The position numbers were made by a program, and so were the translations under genes. From an uncultured Candidatus Saccharibacteria bacterium (GTDB lineage: Bacteria; Patescibacteriota; Minisyncoccia; Phycocordibacterales; WO2-35-19), in assembly GCA_964534305.1 (NCBI GenBank), contig CAZHPR010000002.1, positions 27,986 through 91,985 of the forward strand: a stretch of 64,000 nucleotides of DNA, in the 5' to 3' direction. Within the stretch, counting starts at the first letter, position 1; each line of letters begins with the position of its first letter. Of the stretch, positions 10,102-20,722 are shown one piece after another. Under the pieces are notes generated by a model. The model ran no database searches and was not told the DNA's origin. It saw nothing but the letters and a program-made list of their open reading frames with translations.

Positions 10102-10473
10102 ATGGAAAATATACAAATTATCTCTAATCAAGAGAAAGAGTACGATCATCGCCTTGAAATGCTTTGGAATGAATATGGGTTTCCTGGGCAACCGCCAGTT
10201 ATGGGTAGTAAAGCAGAGAAAAGATTATTAGATTATTGTACAAGCTACTCAAGGTTTTTAACAAGTAACCACATCTCCAAGGATATAAAATCATCTGATA
10301 CAGAAAGAAGGACTTTACATAATCAGATCGCGATAATGGTTGTTGGCAAGCAGAGATCGGGTATGGAGTCTAGTCTTGCAGAGCATATCGCTGATTTTGC
10401 TTTTGAGTATGCTAAAGGTTTTAAATTAAGTGAATTTGAAAAATATAGTAATCAAAATGGCGGTGTCAATTGA
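10102..10473 (+). CDS. Hypothetical protein
   Basis: 123-aa ORF in operon-like spacing; ends within a 24-bp palindrome. Confidence 0.6.
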   Translation: MENIQIISNQEKEYDHRLEMLWNEYGFPGQPPVMGSKAEKRLLDYCTSYSRFLTSNHISKDIKSSDTERRTLHNQIAIMVVGKQRSGMESSLAEHIADFAFEYAKGFKLSEFEKYSNQNGGVN

Positions 10474-10696
10474 CACCGCCAGGGGTTATCCTCACGTTGG
10501 AAACATAGAGGAATGTTTTGTTTTTGAACACCAGGGAGCTTGAGAAGGTACCATCCCCATTGGAAATGTCCAGTTTTTTTAGTATCGCCGAGCCCTCATC
10601 CATGAGGGTGATGAATTCCTCCTTGTCTACTAGATACGATTCCCTGTCGTTCCCTGATTCGCTCGTTTTTTCTTCTAGTATTTGTTCGGGTGTCAT
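10466..10696 (-). CDS. Hypothetical acidic protein
   Basis: 76-aa ORF with TGATACAAT just upstream; convergent overlap with the previous gene. Confidence 0.55.
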   Translation of the reverse strand: MTPEQILEEKTSESGNDRESYLVDKEEFITLMDEGSAILKKLDISNGDGTFSSSLVFKNKTFLYVSNVRITPGGVN

Positions 10697-10720
10697 TCTT
10701 TTACGATTGTATCACGTTAT

Positions 10721-11860
10721 TTATTTAGTGTCAACTTTGGGGACAAACAATAATCCAGAGAGGGTGATAAGGGAGAGGACGATAAAGAGGCCGGAGTAGT
10801 CGGTAAAGTACAGGGCGGGTATTGCGACAAATGGAGAAATTATAAAAGAGAGAGGTGAGGTCGCCCTAAAGAGGCTTATTATCCCAGAATGCCTATCAGA
10901 AACCTTTTTGAAGAAATAGCTCTCGCTACCCATCTCAACAAAACTAGCTCCTACTCGGGTTGAGAAAAGTACTATTGCCCATACCCAAAAACTACTTTCT
11001 CCCAAGACTCCTAAGATGAACGTAGAAATTGATATAAAAATTATTCCAAAAATAATACCTTCTTTTTCACCAGTTTTTTTGTCATATATTTTACCAAGTG
11101 GTATTTCAAGTATGAGAAACGGAAGGATCATCACAGCAAGCATTTTACCGACGGTGCCCCAATCAAACCCAGCGGTTTTTATAAGAAGTAGAGGAAGATA
11201 AATAACCATTATTGCGTAAAACAGTTGTAACAAAAAGTTTATGCTGAGTATTCTAAATGTGTCCCTGTCTTCTTTTAAGAAATTTACAATATCTCTCAAT
11301 CTGAAAACTTTGTTTTTGTGAATGTGGGTATCAAATTTGTAGATTACAATAAGCGCCATCGGTATGAGAGACAGTGCCGATAGTAGATACATTATCCGCA
11401 AAGAATTTTGTGCAACCAAGGAAACAACAATTAAAGAAATGAGGATAGTGATATTTAGGGCGGTGAGAAAGAGAGCTCTCGCAAAACCAGTGTTTTTCTC
11501 ATCTTTGAGCTGGCTCTCCAAAAACAGATCAAGACAATAAAGCAGGAGTATTCCGATTGCTTGGTAGGTTATGAAAGAGATGATTATTGGGGTTGCGGTT
11601 TTGAATATTGAAAGACTAAGAATGGTAAGAAATTCTAAAAATGTTATTGAAATCAAAACAAACTTTGCATTTAGTTTGTTTAGTATTCTCGGAATTATAA
11701 ACAATAAGAAAACACTGAGTGTTGCTCCTATGGTATATAAAATATTTAGTTTTCCGTCGCTGAGGTATTTGGAAAGGAAGTTTGAGTTTATGTAGATTAT
11801 AAGGTAGTAGTGAAAGCCCAAAAACAGGTTCGCTAGGTATACGAAATATCTTTTATTCAT
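10721..11860 (-). CDS. MFS transporter
   Basis: About 12 hydrophobic segments; G.I.DK..G.K loop motif. Confidence 0.85.
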   Translation of the reverse strand: MNKRYFVYLANLFLGFHYYLIIYINSNFLSKYLSDGKLNILYTIGATLSVFLLFIIPRILNKLNAKFVLISITFLEFLTILSLSIFKTATPIIISFITYQAIGILLLYCLDLFLESQLKDEKNTGFARALFLTALNITILISLIVVSLVAQNSLRIMYLLSALSLIPMALIVIYKFDTHIHKNKVFRLRDIVNFLKEDRDTFRILSINFLLQLFYAIMVIYLPLLLIKTAGFDWGTVGKMLAVMILPFLILEIPLGKIYDKKTGEKEGIIFGIIFISISTFILGVLGESSFWVWAIVLFSTRVGASFVEMGSESYFFKKVSDRHSGIISLFRATSPLSFIISPFVAIPALYFTDYSGLFIVLSLITLSGLLFVPKVDTK

Positions 11861-11885
11861 CTATCAGATTATATCAGAATATTTT

Positions 11886-13868
11886 TTAAACTCCGAGTAC
11901 AACCGGTATAACGATAGGCCTCTTTGCTGTTTTTTGGAACAAGAATTTTGCTACAGCGTCAGTCACGTTTGATTTTACAAAGTCAAAGTTTATTGGATTC
12001 ATCCCTTTGGTAGTGTCTTCTATTGTTTTCTTTATGATGAGTCTGGTGTGCTGTAGCAATTCTTGGGATTCTCGTAGATAGACAAATCCTCTAGAAATAA
12101 GATCGGGGGATTTGCGGAGTTTGCCTGTCTTTAGATTAATCATCGCAACAATAACGAACATCCCATCATCAGAGAGCATTTTCCTATCTCGCATAACAAC
12201 TTCTTGAACATCAGCAATAGCAAACCCATCAACCATAACAGGAGATGAAGGAGCGGTGTCTTTGAGGGCTTTTATTTTCTCTCCTTTTTCTTGTATTTCT
12301 ACAATCATACCGTTGTCCGGTACTATTATGTTTTCTGCTGGCATGCCCAAAGATCTAGCAAGCTCTTCGTGGACCCGAAGCATATAGTGGTTGCCATGGA
12401 TCGGCATAAAGAATTTTGGCTTTATCTTTTTGTGTAGCCACTCAAGCTCACCCTTATTACCATGACCAGTAGAGTGGATATAAACATCGCTGGTTCGGTA
12501 ATGTATTATTTTTGCTCCCTGTCTTGCAAGGTTGTCTTTGAGTTTTTGTACAGCTCTTTCGTTGCCCGGTATTATAGAAGAAGATAGCAAAATAGTGTCT
12601 CGGTTGCTTATCTTTATGTATTTATGACTCTTGTTAGACATTCTCATAAGAGCCGCAAATTCATCTCCCTGGGCACCGGTAGCAAGGATTATAACTCTAT
12701 CCGGAGGTAGGTTATCCATTTCTTCTACAGTGACTATGGTGTTTTTGTTTACTTTGAGTCTGTCTAATGACCTTACGATTTCGATGTTTTGCTTCATACT
12801 TCTTCCTTCTACAACCACTTTTTTGCCATTTCTTTCAGCTGCTTCTATGATTGCGATGATTCTCTCTATTTGTGAAGCAAATGTTCCAATAATAAGTCTT
12901 CTTTTTGTGTTTTTTATTATTTCCTCCAGATTTTTGTGTACCAGTTTTTCTGGGGTCGAGAATCCTGGGTTTTCTACGTTTGTAGAATCCATCATAAGTA
13001 GTAGCACTTTTTCTTTTCCAAACCTTGCGTACTCTTCTTGTTCTCTATCGCTAGGTATGCCGTCAGTGTGTTCAAGCTTGATGTCTCCTGGGTTTACGAT
13101 TGATCCGTATGGTGTGTCTATAATGATTCCCATTGAGTCTGGTATTGTGTGTGTGACCGCAAAAAATCTTACTCTAACTTTGCCGAGCATTATTGTGTCT
13201 TCTTTTTCTACAACTCTGATGTCCAAGGTTGGTAGGTGGGGGAATTCTTCCTGCCTTTTCTTTATCATTACTGTTGTAAGAGCGCGGGAGTATAGGGGAG
13301 GGTTGCCGATTCTGTCCATTATATACGGTATGCCTCCTATGTGGTCTAGGTGTCCGTGAGTTATGAGTACCCCTCTTATTTTGTCCTTTCTTTCCTCGAG
13401 GTATTTTGTGTTTGGAAGTATATAGTCAACTCCTGGAGTATCTTCATCTCTAAATTGGAAACCAGCATCAACAACTATAATATCATCACCGATCTCGATT
13501 GCGGTCATGTTTTTGCCAATCTCTTCAACGCCTCCTAGGGGGATGATTCTTATATTGTCTCCTACGCTAGGAATGTTTAAGGTTTCGTTTGTTGGGGCTC
13601 TCTCTACTCTCGGGGCTTCAGGTCTCTTTGGGGCTCTTCTGCTAGAAATTCTAAGAGAAGGGCGGGCTCTCTTTGCTGAGTGACTATTTGCCCCGGAGAC
13701 AAAAGGAGCACGGTGAACTCGTCTTTCTGTGGAGACAGAATTTTTGGAATTCTCCGTTTGGTAGCTTGTTGAGTTTTTGGTCTCTACACTTCTAAAGCTT
13801 CTTATCCTGCTTCTGTTGTGAGGTGTAGATCTTCCACCAGAAGAATGAGACCTTTGATTTGGGTTCAT
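11886..13868 (-). CDS. rnj: Ribonuclease J with basic disordered N-terminal extension
   Basis: PLGG.EEIGKNM, THGHLDHIG, HTIPD, DSTN, TG.QG, H.TGH, PIHG. Confidence 0.96.
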   Translation of the reverse strand: MNPNQRSHSSGGRSTPHNRSRIRSFRSVETKNSTSYQTENSKNSVSTERRVHRAPFVSGANSHSAKRARPSLRISSRRAPKRPEAPRVERAPTNETLNIPSVGDNIRIIPLGGVEEIGKNMTAIEIGDDIIVVDAGFQFRDEDTPGVDYILPNTKYLEERKDKIRGVLITHGHLDHIGGIPYIMDRIGNPPLYSRALTTVMIKKRQEEFPHLPTLDIRVVEKEDTIMLGKVRVRFFAVTHTIPDSMGIIIDTPYGSIVNPGDIKLEHTDGIPSDREQEEYARFGKEKVLLLMMDSTNVENPGFSTPEKLVHKNLEEIIKNTKRRLIIGTFASQIERIIAIIEAAERNGKKVVVEGRSMKQNIEIVRSLDRLKVNKNTIVTVEEMDNLPPDRVIILATGAQGDEFAALMRMSNKSHKYIKISNRDTILLSSSIIPGNERAVQKLKDNLARQGAKIIHYRTSDVYIHSTGHGNKGELEWLHKKIKPKFFMPIHGNHYMLRVHEELARSLGMPAENIIVPDNGMIVEIQEKGEKIKALKDTAPSSPVMVDGFAIADVQEVVMRDRKMLSDDGMFVIVAMINLKTGKLRKSPDLISRGFVYLRESQELLQHTRLIIKKTIEDTTKGMNPINFDFVKSNVTDAVAKFLFQKTAKRPIVIPVVLGV

Positions 13869-13900
13869 AATTTAATTATTTGTAATATATTTTCTAATTT

Positions 13901-15655
13901 TTACCTTTGAGCGAATATGTTCCAAACTTTATCAGTTTCTATAAACAATTTTTCTATATTCTGGAATCTTTCGTTTGGAGAAGAAACTGGTTTAAGGGAA
14001 ATATTTTTTATTTTTGATGTTGGTACATAAACGAAGTCTGGAGAAAAGAGGAATATCGCCGGCACATCTTTCTTTATTTCTTCAATGACCTCTCTCCTTT
14101 TTTCTTTTATCAGTTGCTGGTCGCTGGTTGATCTGATCTCTTCGAGCAGTTTGTCTGTCTTTATGTTTGCGTATAGTGCTACATTAAGTCCAGGATCGTT
14201 TCTTTGTGAAGAATGCCAGAATGGATAGAGATCTCCCTCAGATCCGATAACCTCACCAAAAAGTAGGGCGTCATACTTTCTTGGTCTGATGACATTCTGA
14301 TTTAAGTCTGATATTTCAAAAACCTTTATATCTACTACTGCTCCGATTTTCTCCCATTCTTCCTTTAGGATCTCAGCAGACCTTTTTAGCTCGGGTACTT
14401 CTGAAGTTGATAGAGAGAAACGTAGAGAAATTGTATCAGATCCTTTTTTCTTTTCAAGCACACCTTCTTCATTTAAAGACCAGCCGTTATTTTCTAGCAA
14501 ACTCTTTGCTTCGGCAATCGATTCTTCTTGGGTTTTGGTACTTTCATATATGTCTAAAGGTGTTGGTCCATCTATTTTTTTACCGAAGCCCATAAGTATT
14601 TCTTGCACAATCCTCTCTCTGGGAGCTGATATGCTGAGCGCCTGACGAACTTCTTTGTTTAGAAATAGGGCAGATTGGTTTTGGTTTAAGAATAGTCCAA
14701 AAACTCTAGGCAGAGAAGATACTACTGTCTTTTTGCCATTGTCCTCAAGTCTCTTGGCTATATTTTGGGATATATTGCTTATACTGTCTATTTCCCCGTT
14801 CTCAAAAGCTTTTATAAGATCATTCTCGTTGTTAAAAAATTTGAACGTTATATTTTTTATAAGAGGTCGTCCTTGGGTGTATTTGTTGTAGCTTTCTAAC
14901 TTTATATTTACAGGGATACCACCGGAATTTCTTTTCAAATCCTTTATTTTGTATGGTCCAGAACCTACTGGTGTTATATTGAATTCACTAAAGGCAAATT
15001 CTTCGGAAGTTACATTTTGCCAGATATGTTTTGGCAAAATCCCTAGTGTTGCGACTTCACTAAACATGGAATAAGGTTTCCTTAGAATAAATCTTATGTT
15101 TTTTTCATCTATCTTTTCTATTGATACTCCTTCCCAACTAGCTCTCTTCGGACTTTTTATTACAGGATCCAAGACTTTTTCAATTGTAAATATTATATCG
15201 TCAGAAGTTACCGGCTTTCCGTCGTGGAAAAAGGCATCATTTCTTATACGAAAATCATAAACAATACCGTCGCTTGATATAGAAAATGATTCGGCCAGAT
15301 CTCCCTCAAACTCACCCGATTCACTCTGCTTTAGAAGTCCTGAATATATAATTTCTACCAAATCTTTGTCCGTGTCCCCGAGTGAGAGTACTGGGTTTAT
15401 AAACCGGGGACTTCCTACCATCCCTTCAGAAAAGGAGCCTCCAAACTTTGGCATTTCTGTTGTAAACACACCTTGTGTTTGCCAGAGCATCAATATACTT
15501 GTCACAGAAAATATGATTGCAAGGACAAAGAAAGCAACCCTTGTTGATGGCCCCATCGATCCTACCGATCTTTCAATCCAAGAAATTATCTTTATTTTTC
15601 TTGTCCTTATAAAAAGAACATCAAAAAAAGATATTATTTTTTCGTAAGTTTTCAT
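13901..15655 (-). CDS. ABC transporter peptide/nickel-type substrate-binding protein (family 5)
   Basis: FHDG.PVT.DD..FT, PVGSGPY, VRQAL; N-terminal TM. Confidence 0.88.
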   Translation of the reverse strand: MKTYEKIISFFDVLFIRTRKIKIISWIERSVGSMGPSTRVAFFVLAIIFSVTSILMLWQTQGVFTTEMPKFGGSFSEGMVGSPRFINPVLSLGDTDKDLVEIIYSGLLKQSESGEFEGDLAESFSISSDGIVYDFRIRNDAFFHDGKPVTSDDIIFTIEKVLDPVIKSPKRASWEGVSIEKIDEKNIRFILRKPYSMFSEVATLGILPKHIWQNVTSEEFAFSEFNITPVGSGPYKIKDLKRNSGGIPVNIKLESYNKYTQGRPLIKNITFKFFNNENDLIKAFENGEIDSISNISQNIAKRLEDNGKKTVVSSLPRVFGLFLNQNQSALFLNKEVRQALSISAPRERIVQEILMGFGKKIDGPTPLDIYESTKTQEESIAEAKSLLENNGWSLNEEGVLEKKKGSDTISLRFSLSTSEVPELKRSAEILKEEWEKIGAVVDIKVFEISDLNQNVIRPRKYDALLFGEVIGSEGDLYPFWHSSQRNDPGLNVALYANIKTDKLLEEIRSTSDQQLIKEKRREVIEEIKKDVPAIFLFSPDFVYVPTSKIKNISLKPVSSPNERFQNIEKLFIETDKVWNIFAQR

Positions 15656-15697
15656 TTTAATTACACACACAAAGAAAACTCTTTATATATGTATTTA

Positions 15698-15913
15698 TTA
15701 ATATAGTAAGTTAACCAAAGCAAATACAACAAAAAGTACTGCTATAAATATTGTAAGTCTAAAAACAATAAGTTCTGCACCTCTCCTTGTTCTGGTATTG
15801 CCGGCAAAGTCACCACCGCCAAAAGCGCTTCCGAGAGAGCCTTCGGACTGTTGTAGTAATATGAGTGCTCCTAGAAAAACACTAAGGATTATCTGAATAT
15901 AAGACAATATCAT
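15698..15913 (-). CDS. secG: Preprotein translocase subunit SecG
   Basis: ILLQQ..G.LGSAFGG....TRRGAE; two TMs; start at MILSY. Confidence 0.92.
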   Translation of the reverse strand: MILSYIQIILSVFLGALILLQQSEGSLGSAFGGGDFAGNTRTRRGAELIVFRLTIFIAVLFVVFALVNLLY

Positions 15914-16022
15914 TGTTTTTGGTATTATAGCATAGCATTTGTTTCTTGCAACAGTTGGTATATAATATTGCCGCGACCATGCAAAATGGTGCAAAACTAA
16001 TTACAATTAAATAAAAAAGAGT

Positions 16023-16361
16023 ATGAAGAAGAATCAAAAGACAAAAAAGACTGCAAATCCTCGGACGGAGCTTCTTCCTCTGGGGGATAGGGTAATCATA
16101 AGACCTCTTTCTGTAGAGGAAGTTAGCAAGACTTACTCCGGCATAATAATCCCTGATACGGTAAGCAAGGAGAGATCTGAGCAGGGAGAAGTTATCGCTG
16201 TGGGTGAAGGTAGATTGCAGGATGGCAAGAGGGTACCGGTTTCTGTAAAAAAAGGAGATAGGGTGGTCTTTTCAAAATATGGTTATGATGAAGTAAAAAT
16301 AGACGAAAAAGAGTACTACATTCTTAGAGAAGAAAACATTTTGGCAGTGATAAAAAACTAA
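16023..16361 (+). CDS. groES: Co-chaperonin GroES
   Basis: PLGDRV, SGIIIPD, GEVIAVG.G, VKKGD.V.FSKY. Confidence 0.97.
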   Translation: MKKNQKTKKTANPRTELLPLGDRVIIRPLSVEEVSKTYSGIIIPDTVSKERSEQGEVIAVGEGRLQDGKRVPVSVKKGDRVVFSKYGYDEVKIDEKEYYILREENILAVIKN

Positions 16362-16387
16362 ACTAATTTCTAATTATTCTAATTTAA

Positions 16388-18034
<1,647 letters not shown>

Positions 18035-18038
18035 GGAA

Positions 18039-18261
18039 CTACCTCACCCTTCTTCTCGCTTAAGCAGCTACCTCATCCCCAGCCCTTCCTTACAGGAACT
18101 GTCCACTCATTGGATTTTTATTAAAAAATCTCAATGAGCCTTACGAAGCTCCAAGTATTCGCTTCTCACCCCTTGCAAAGGGGAAGGGAGAAGAGAAAAA
18201 CAATGTATTTTTTGGTACCCCCTCTCCTCTTGCAAGGAGAGGGGGATAGGGGGTGAGGTAG
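18039..18261. repeat. MITE/REP-like palindromic cluster bounded by CTACCTCACCC...GGGTGAGGTAG
   Basis: 11-bp terminal inverted repeats; internal C-rich/G-rich hairpins such as CCCCCTCTCCT-CTTGCA-AGGAGAGGGGG. Confidence 0.7.
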
Positions 18262-18276
18262 ATTTCATAGCTTCAT

Positions 18277-18305
18277 GAAAAAACGGCTTATTTAAGCCGT
18301 TTTTT
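18277..18305. terminator. Intrinsic terminator after groEL, possibly bidirectional
   Basis: AAAAAACGGCTTA-TT-TAAGCCGTTTTTT. Confidence 0.8.
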
Positions 18306-18336
18306 GATACTTACTCCAAACAAAATGAAATTTCCC

Positions 18337-18364
18337 TTGACAAAAAATACAGTTATGCTATACT
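18337..18364 (+). promoter_or_regulatory. Near-consensus sigma70 promoter
   Basis: TTGACA-16 nt-TATACT with extended TG. Confidence 0.8.
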
Positions 18365-18370
18365 TATATA

Positions 18371-18740
18371 CAGATGGTTCGACGGAACCTTCCGTACGAC
18401 TCTCTAAGCTTCGTGTTTAGAGAGAAGTACAACACAGTGCGCGCGCAATAGCGCGGCGTTCTGGGGAATCCGACACCCGGTTGATGTTTTAGGGCTCGGA
18501 CACGTCCCGTGCAAAGGACGCCGCATAGTCCCCGCTTTCGCTAGCCGGTTTTTTATCGGTTGGCCGGCAGCGTCGCGAGCGGGTTGGTGGGGCCGCCTGA
18601 GGCTGTGCCCCTTGAGGCCGGTGTGCGGATGTGGAGATCGTCGCAGGCTCCCTTCCGCCACCGGCTCGAAAGTTCTTTTAAGATAATATGATCGCCACTC
18701 ACAATCATTCATTTGGGGTTGAGTGGCGGTTTTTCTTTTT
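18371..18740 (+). ncRNA. Candidate ~365-nt structured ncRNA of unknown family
   Basis: GC-rich island between a strong promoter and a terminator (CGCCACTCA/TGAGTGGCG plus T-run); several G-U-containing stems; no credible sense ORF. Confidence 0.55.
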
Positions 18741-18794
18741 ATAATCTATTCTTTTTAATTTTTATTTTTGCATTTTTAATTTATAATTATCCCC

Positions 18795-19313
18795 ATGGAT
18801 ATTTTTGCACACGCTGCTTGGACCAATATTGTTTTTTACAAAAAATACAAGAATGAAAGATTGAACAGGTTCTTAGCAATAATTTTTGGAGTCTTGCCTG
18901 ATCTTGCTTCTTTTGCCCCCGTTTTTATTTACGGGATTTTTAGTCGCAAGGAATTTTTTGATCTTATAGGTTCAAATATCTGGGTGGTCAACTTTGCCAG
19001 CGAGTCTTACAAATACACTCACAGTATAGTGGTTTTTGTTTTTGTAGTTTTGGTAATTGCGGTAGTCAGAAAATTTTTGAACAAAAATCTAATCTACTGG
19101 CCAATGTTTGGTTGGGCTCTCCATATTCTAATTGATATACCCACACATAAAAATTTCTATGAGACTCCGTTTCTTTTCCCTCTTTCTGGTTATAAGTTTG
19201 GGCACGGTATCTCTTGGGGGCACCCCACCTTTATGATAATCAACTATTCGGTGCTTGCTCTCTTCTATATTGCCTGGGTTTTGTATAGAAATAAAAGGTT
19301 AAGTAGACCTTGA
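18795..19313 (+). CDS. Membrane-bound metal-dependent hydrolase (YdjM-like)
   Basis: MD..AH, LPD, YTHS, LHILID motifs within TM segments. Confidence 0.8.
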   Translation: MDIFAHAAWTNIVFYKKYKNERLNRFLAIIFGVLPDLASFAPVFIYGIFSRKEFFDLIGSNIWVVNFASESYKYTHSIVVFVFVVLVIAVVRKFLNKNLIYWPMFGWALHILIDIPTHKNFYETPFLFPLSGYKFGHGISWGHPTFMIINYSVLALFYIAWVLYRNKRLSRP

Positions 19314-19337
19314 CATTTTTTTTGGTTTTTGTATTAT
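19310..19337 (+). promoter_or_regulatory. Sigma70 promoter
   Basis: TTGACA-16 nt-TATTAT. Confidence 0.65.
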
Positions 19338-19342
19338 ATACG

Positions 19343-19479
19343 CAGTCTCGCCCTTGAGCCCAATCGACGGGCCGTCCCGGGGCGATAGGAGAGGACCTTA
19401 CCCTCCGAAGGGGTCCTCTCCCCGCGCGCGCGGTCTGTGCATCTCACCTCCCTCCAAGGTGACACAGTCGCGCGCTTTT
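19343..19479 (+). ncRNA. Candidate three-hairpin sRNA with CCCTCC loops
   Basis: Three GC-rich stems, the last followed by TTTT; loops 19400-19409 and 19450-19456 both contain CCCTCC. Confidence 0.6.
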
Positions 19480-19514
19480 AATTTGCCTATTTTTTGTGAT
19501 ACAATACAGCCATT

Positions 19515-20069
19515 ATGGAAACATCACTAATCATTTTAATATTACTAGCAGTACTAATTTTTTGGTTCATAATCTCTTACAACAGGTTTGTAAGGCTTGT
19601 AACTAGAGCAAAGGAAGCTCTTTCTGATATAGAAGTGCAGATGAAGAGAAGGTATGACCTCATACCCAATTTGGTAGAGACGGTAAAGGGTTATGCTTCT
19701 CATGAACAGGCTACCTTTGAAAAGGTGATCAATGCCCGCAATATAGCAATGTCTTCAAGGGGGGCAAAGGCAGAAGGGGAGGCGAACAATATGATTACTG
19801 AGAGCCTCAAGTCTATCTTTGCTCTATCAGAAAATTATCCAGATCTAAAGGCAAATCAAAACTTCCTAGAGCTACAAAGAGAACTTTCTGATACCGAAAA
19901 CAAAATACAGGCTTCAAGAAGGTTTTATAACACAAACGTAAGAGATCTAAATATCGGCATAGATTCCTTCCCAGGCAATATTGTTGCAAAGATGTTTAGT
20001 TTCTCAAAGATGGAGTTTTTTGAGACTGATAATGAAGCTGAAAAAGAACCAGTCAAAGTACAATTCTAA
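19515..20069 (+). CDS. lemA: LemA family protein
   Basis: YN, I.VQ.KRR.DLIPNLV, E.YPDLKAN.NF..LQ.EL..TE.KI..SRRFYN. Confidence 0.95.
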   Translation: METSLIILILLAVLIFWFIISYNRFVRLVTRAKEALSDIEVQMKRRYDLIPNLVETVKGYASHEQATFEKVINARNIAMSSRGAKAEGEANNMITESLKSIFALSENYPDLKANQNFLELQRELSDTENKIQASRRFYNTNVRDLNIGIDSFPGNIVAKMFSFSKMEFFETDNEAEKEPVKVQF

Positions 20070-20094
20070 ATTTAAAAAATAATCCAAATGCAAC

Positions 20095-20328
20095 ATGAAA
20101 GAAGTAACAATATACTCAACACCAACCTGCCACTTTTGTCACCTTGCCAAAGAGTTTTTTAAAGAAAACGGGGTTTCTTATACAGAATATGATGTTCTAA
20201 GTAACCTAGAAAAGAGACAAGAGATGGTAGAGAAAAGCGGTGGGCTCGGGGTACCGGTTATAGTTATAAACGGGGAAGTCATTGTTGGTTTTGATCAAGG
20301 GAGAATAATGTCTCTTTTAGGTATCTAA
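20095..20328 (+). CDS. Glutaredoxin / NrdH-redoxin
   Basis: IYSTPTCHFC, GVPV, VGFD. Confidence 0.92.
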   Translation: MKEVTIYSTPTCHFCHLAKEFFKENGVSYTEYDVLSNLEKRQEMVEKSGGLGVPVIVINGEVIVGFDQGRIMSLLGI

Positions 20329-20341
20329 TTTAAAATATTTT

Positions 20342-20599
20342 ATGGACCAAGAGATGAAAGATTTGAAAGAGATGCTCCGCAAGAACCTTGAGCTCTCTGC
20401 TGAGAACAATAAGATGCTTCACTCTATCAAGCGAGGCATATTGCTTTCTAGGATAATGCGAATTGTATACTGGGTTATAATCCTTGGCGTTGGTGTTGGT
20501 ATCTACTATTACATAGAACCTTACGTAGATAGCGCTATAGGCGCTTACGGAGATGTAAAAGGGGACCTCCAAGGCTTCAAAGAAGTCTTCACACAATAA
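20342..20599 (+). CDS. Hypothetical single-TM protein
   Basis: L.L..ENN.ML..I.R then one TM. Confidence 0.7.
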   Translation: MDQEMKDLKEMLRKNLELSAENNKMLHSIKRGILLSRIMRIVYWVIILGVGVGIYYYIEPYVDSAIGAYGDVKGDLQGFKEVFTQ

Positions 20600-20605
20600 G
20601 TTGTT

Positions 20606-20681
20606 TGGTGCTGAGAGCCGGGTTCGAACCGGCGACCCTTCCCTCTTCAGGGGAATGCTCTACCAACTGAGCTATCTCAGC
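20606..20681 (-). tRNA. tRNA-Phe(GAA), CCA encoded
   Basis: GCTGAGA/TCTCAGC acceptor stem, CT-GAA-GA anticodon loop, GGTTCGAACC. Confidence 0.97.
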
Positions 20682-20722
20682 ATTTTTGGTGTAGATAATT
20701 ATACACAAAAATATAAAATTTC

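Noticed and set aside
12631-13359. Long antisense ORFs (also inside groEL, clpB, gyrA, murD)
   Set aside because: Shadow frames of well-supported genes, with no recognisable motifs.
15914-16022. CIRCE operator before groES
   Set aside because: TTAGCACTC-N9-GAGTGCTAA is not present.
18404-18712. 102-aa minus-strand ORF
   Set aside because: Atypical composition, antisense to a clear promoter-terminator unit, and explained by high GC.
18371-18740. tmRNA (GGTTCGACGG resembles the tmRNA 5' region)
   Set aside because: No GGGG acceptor strand, no T-arm/CCA end in either permutation, and no convincing tag frame.
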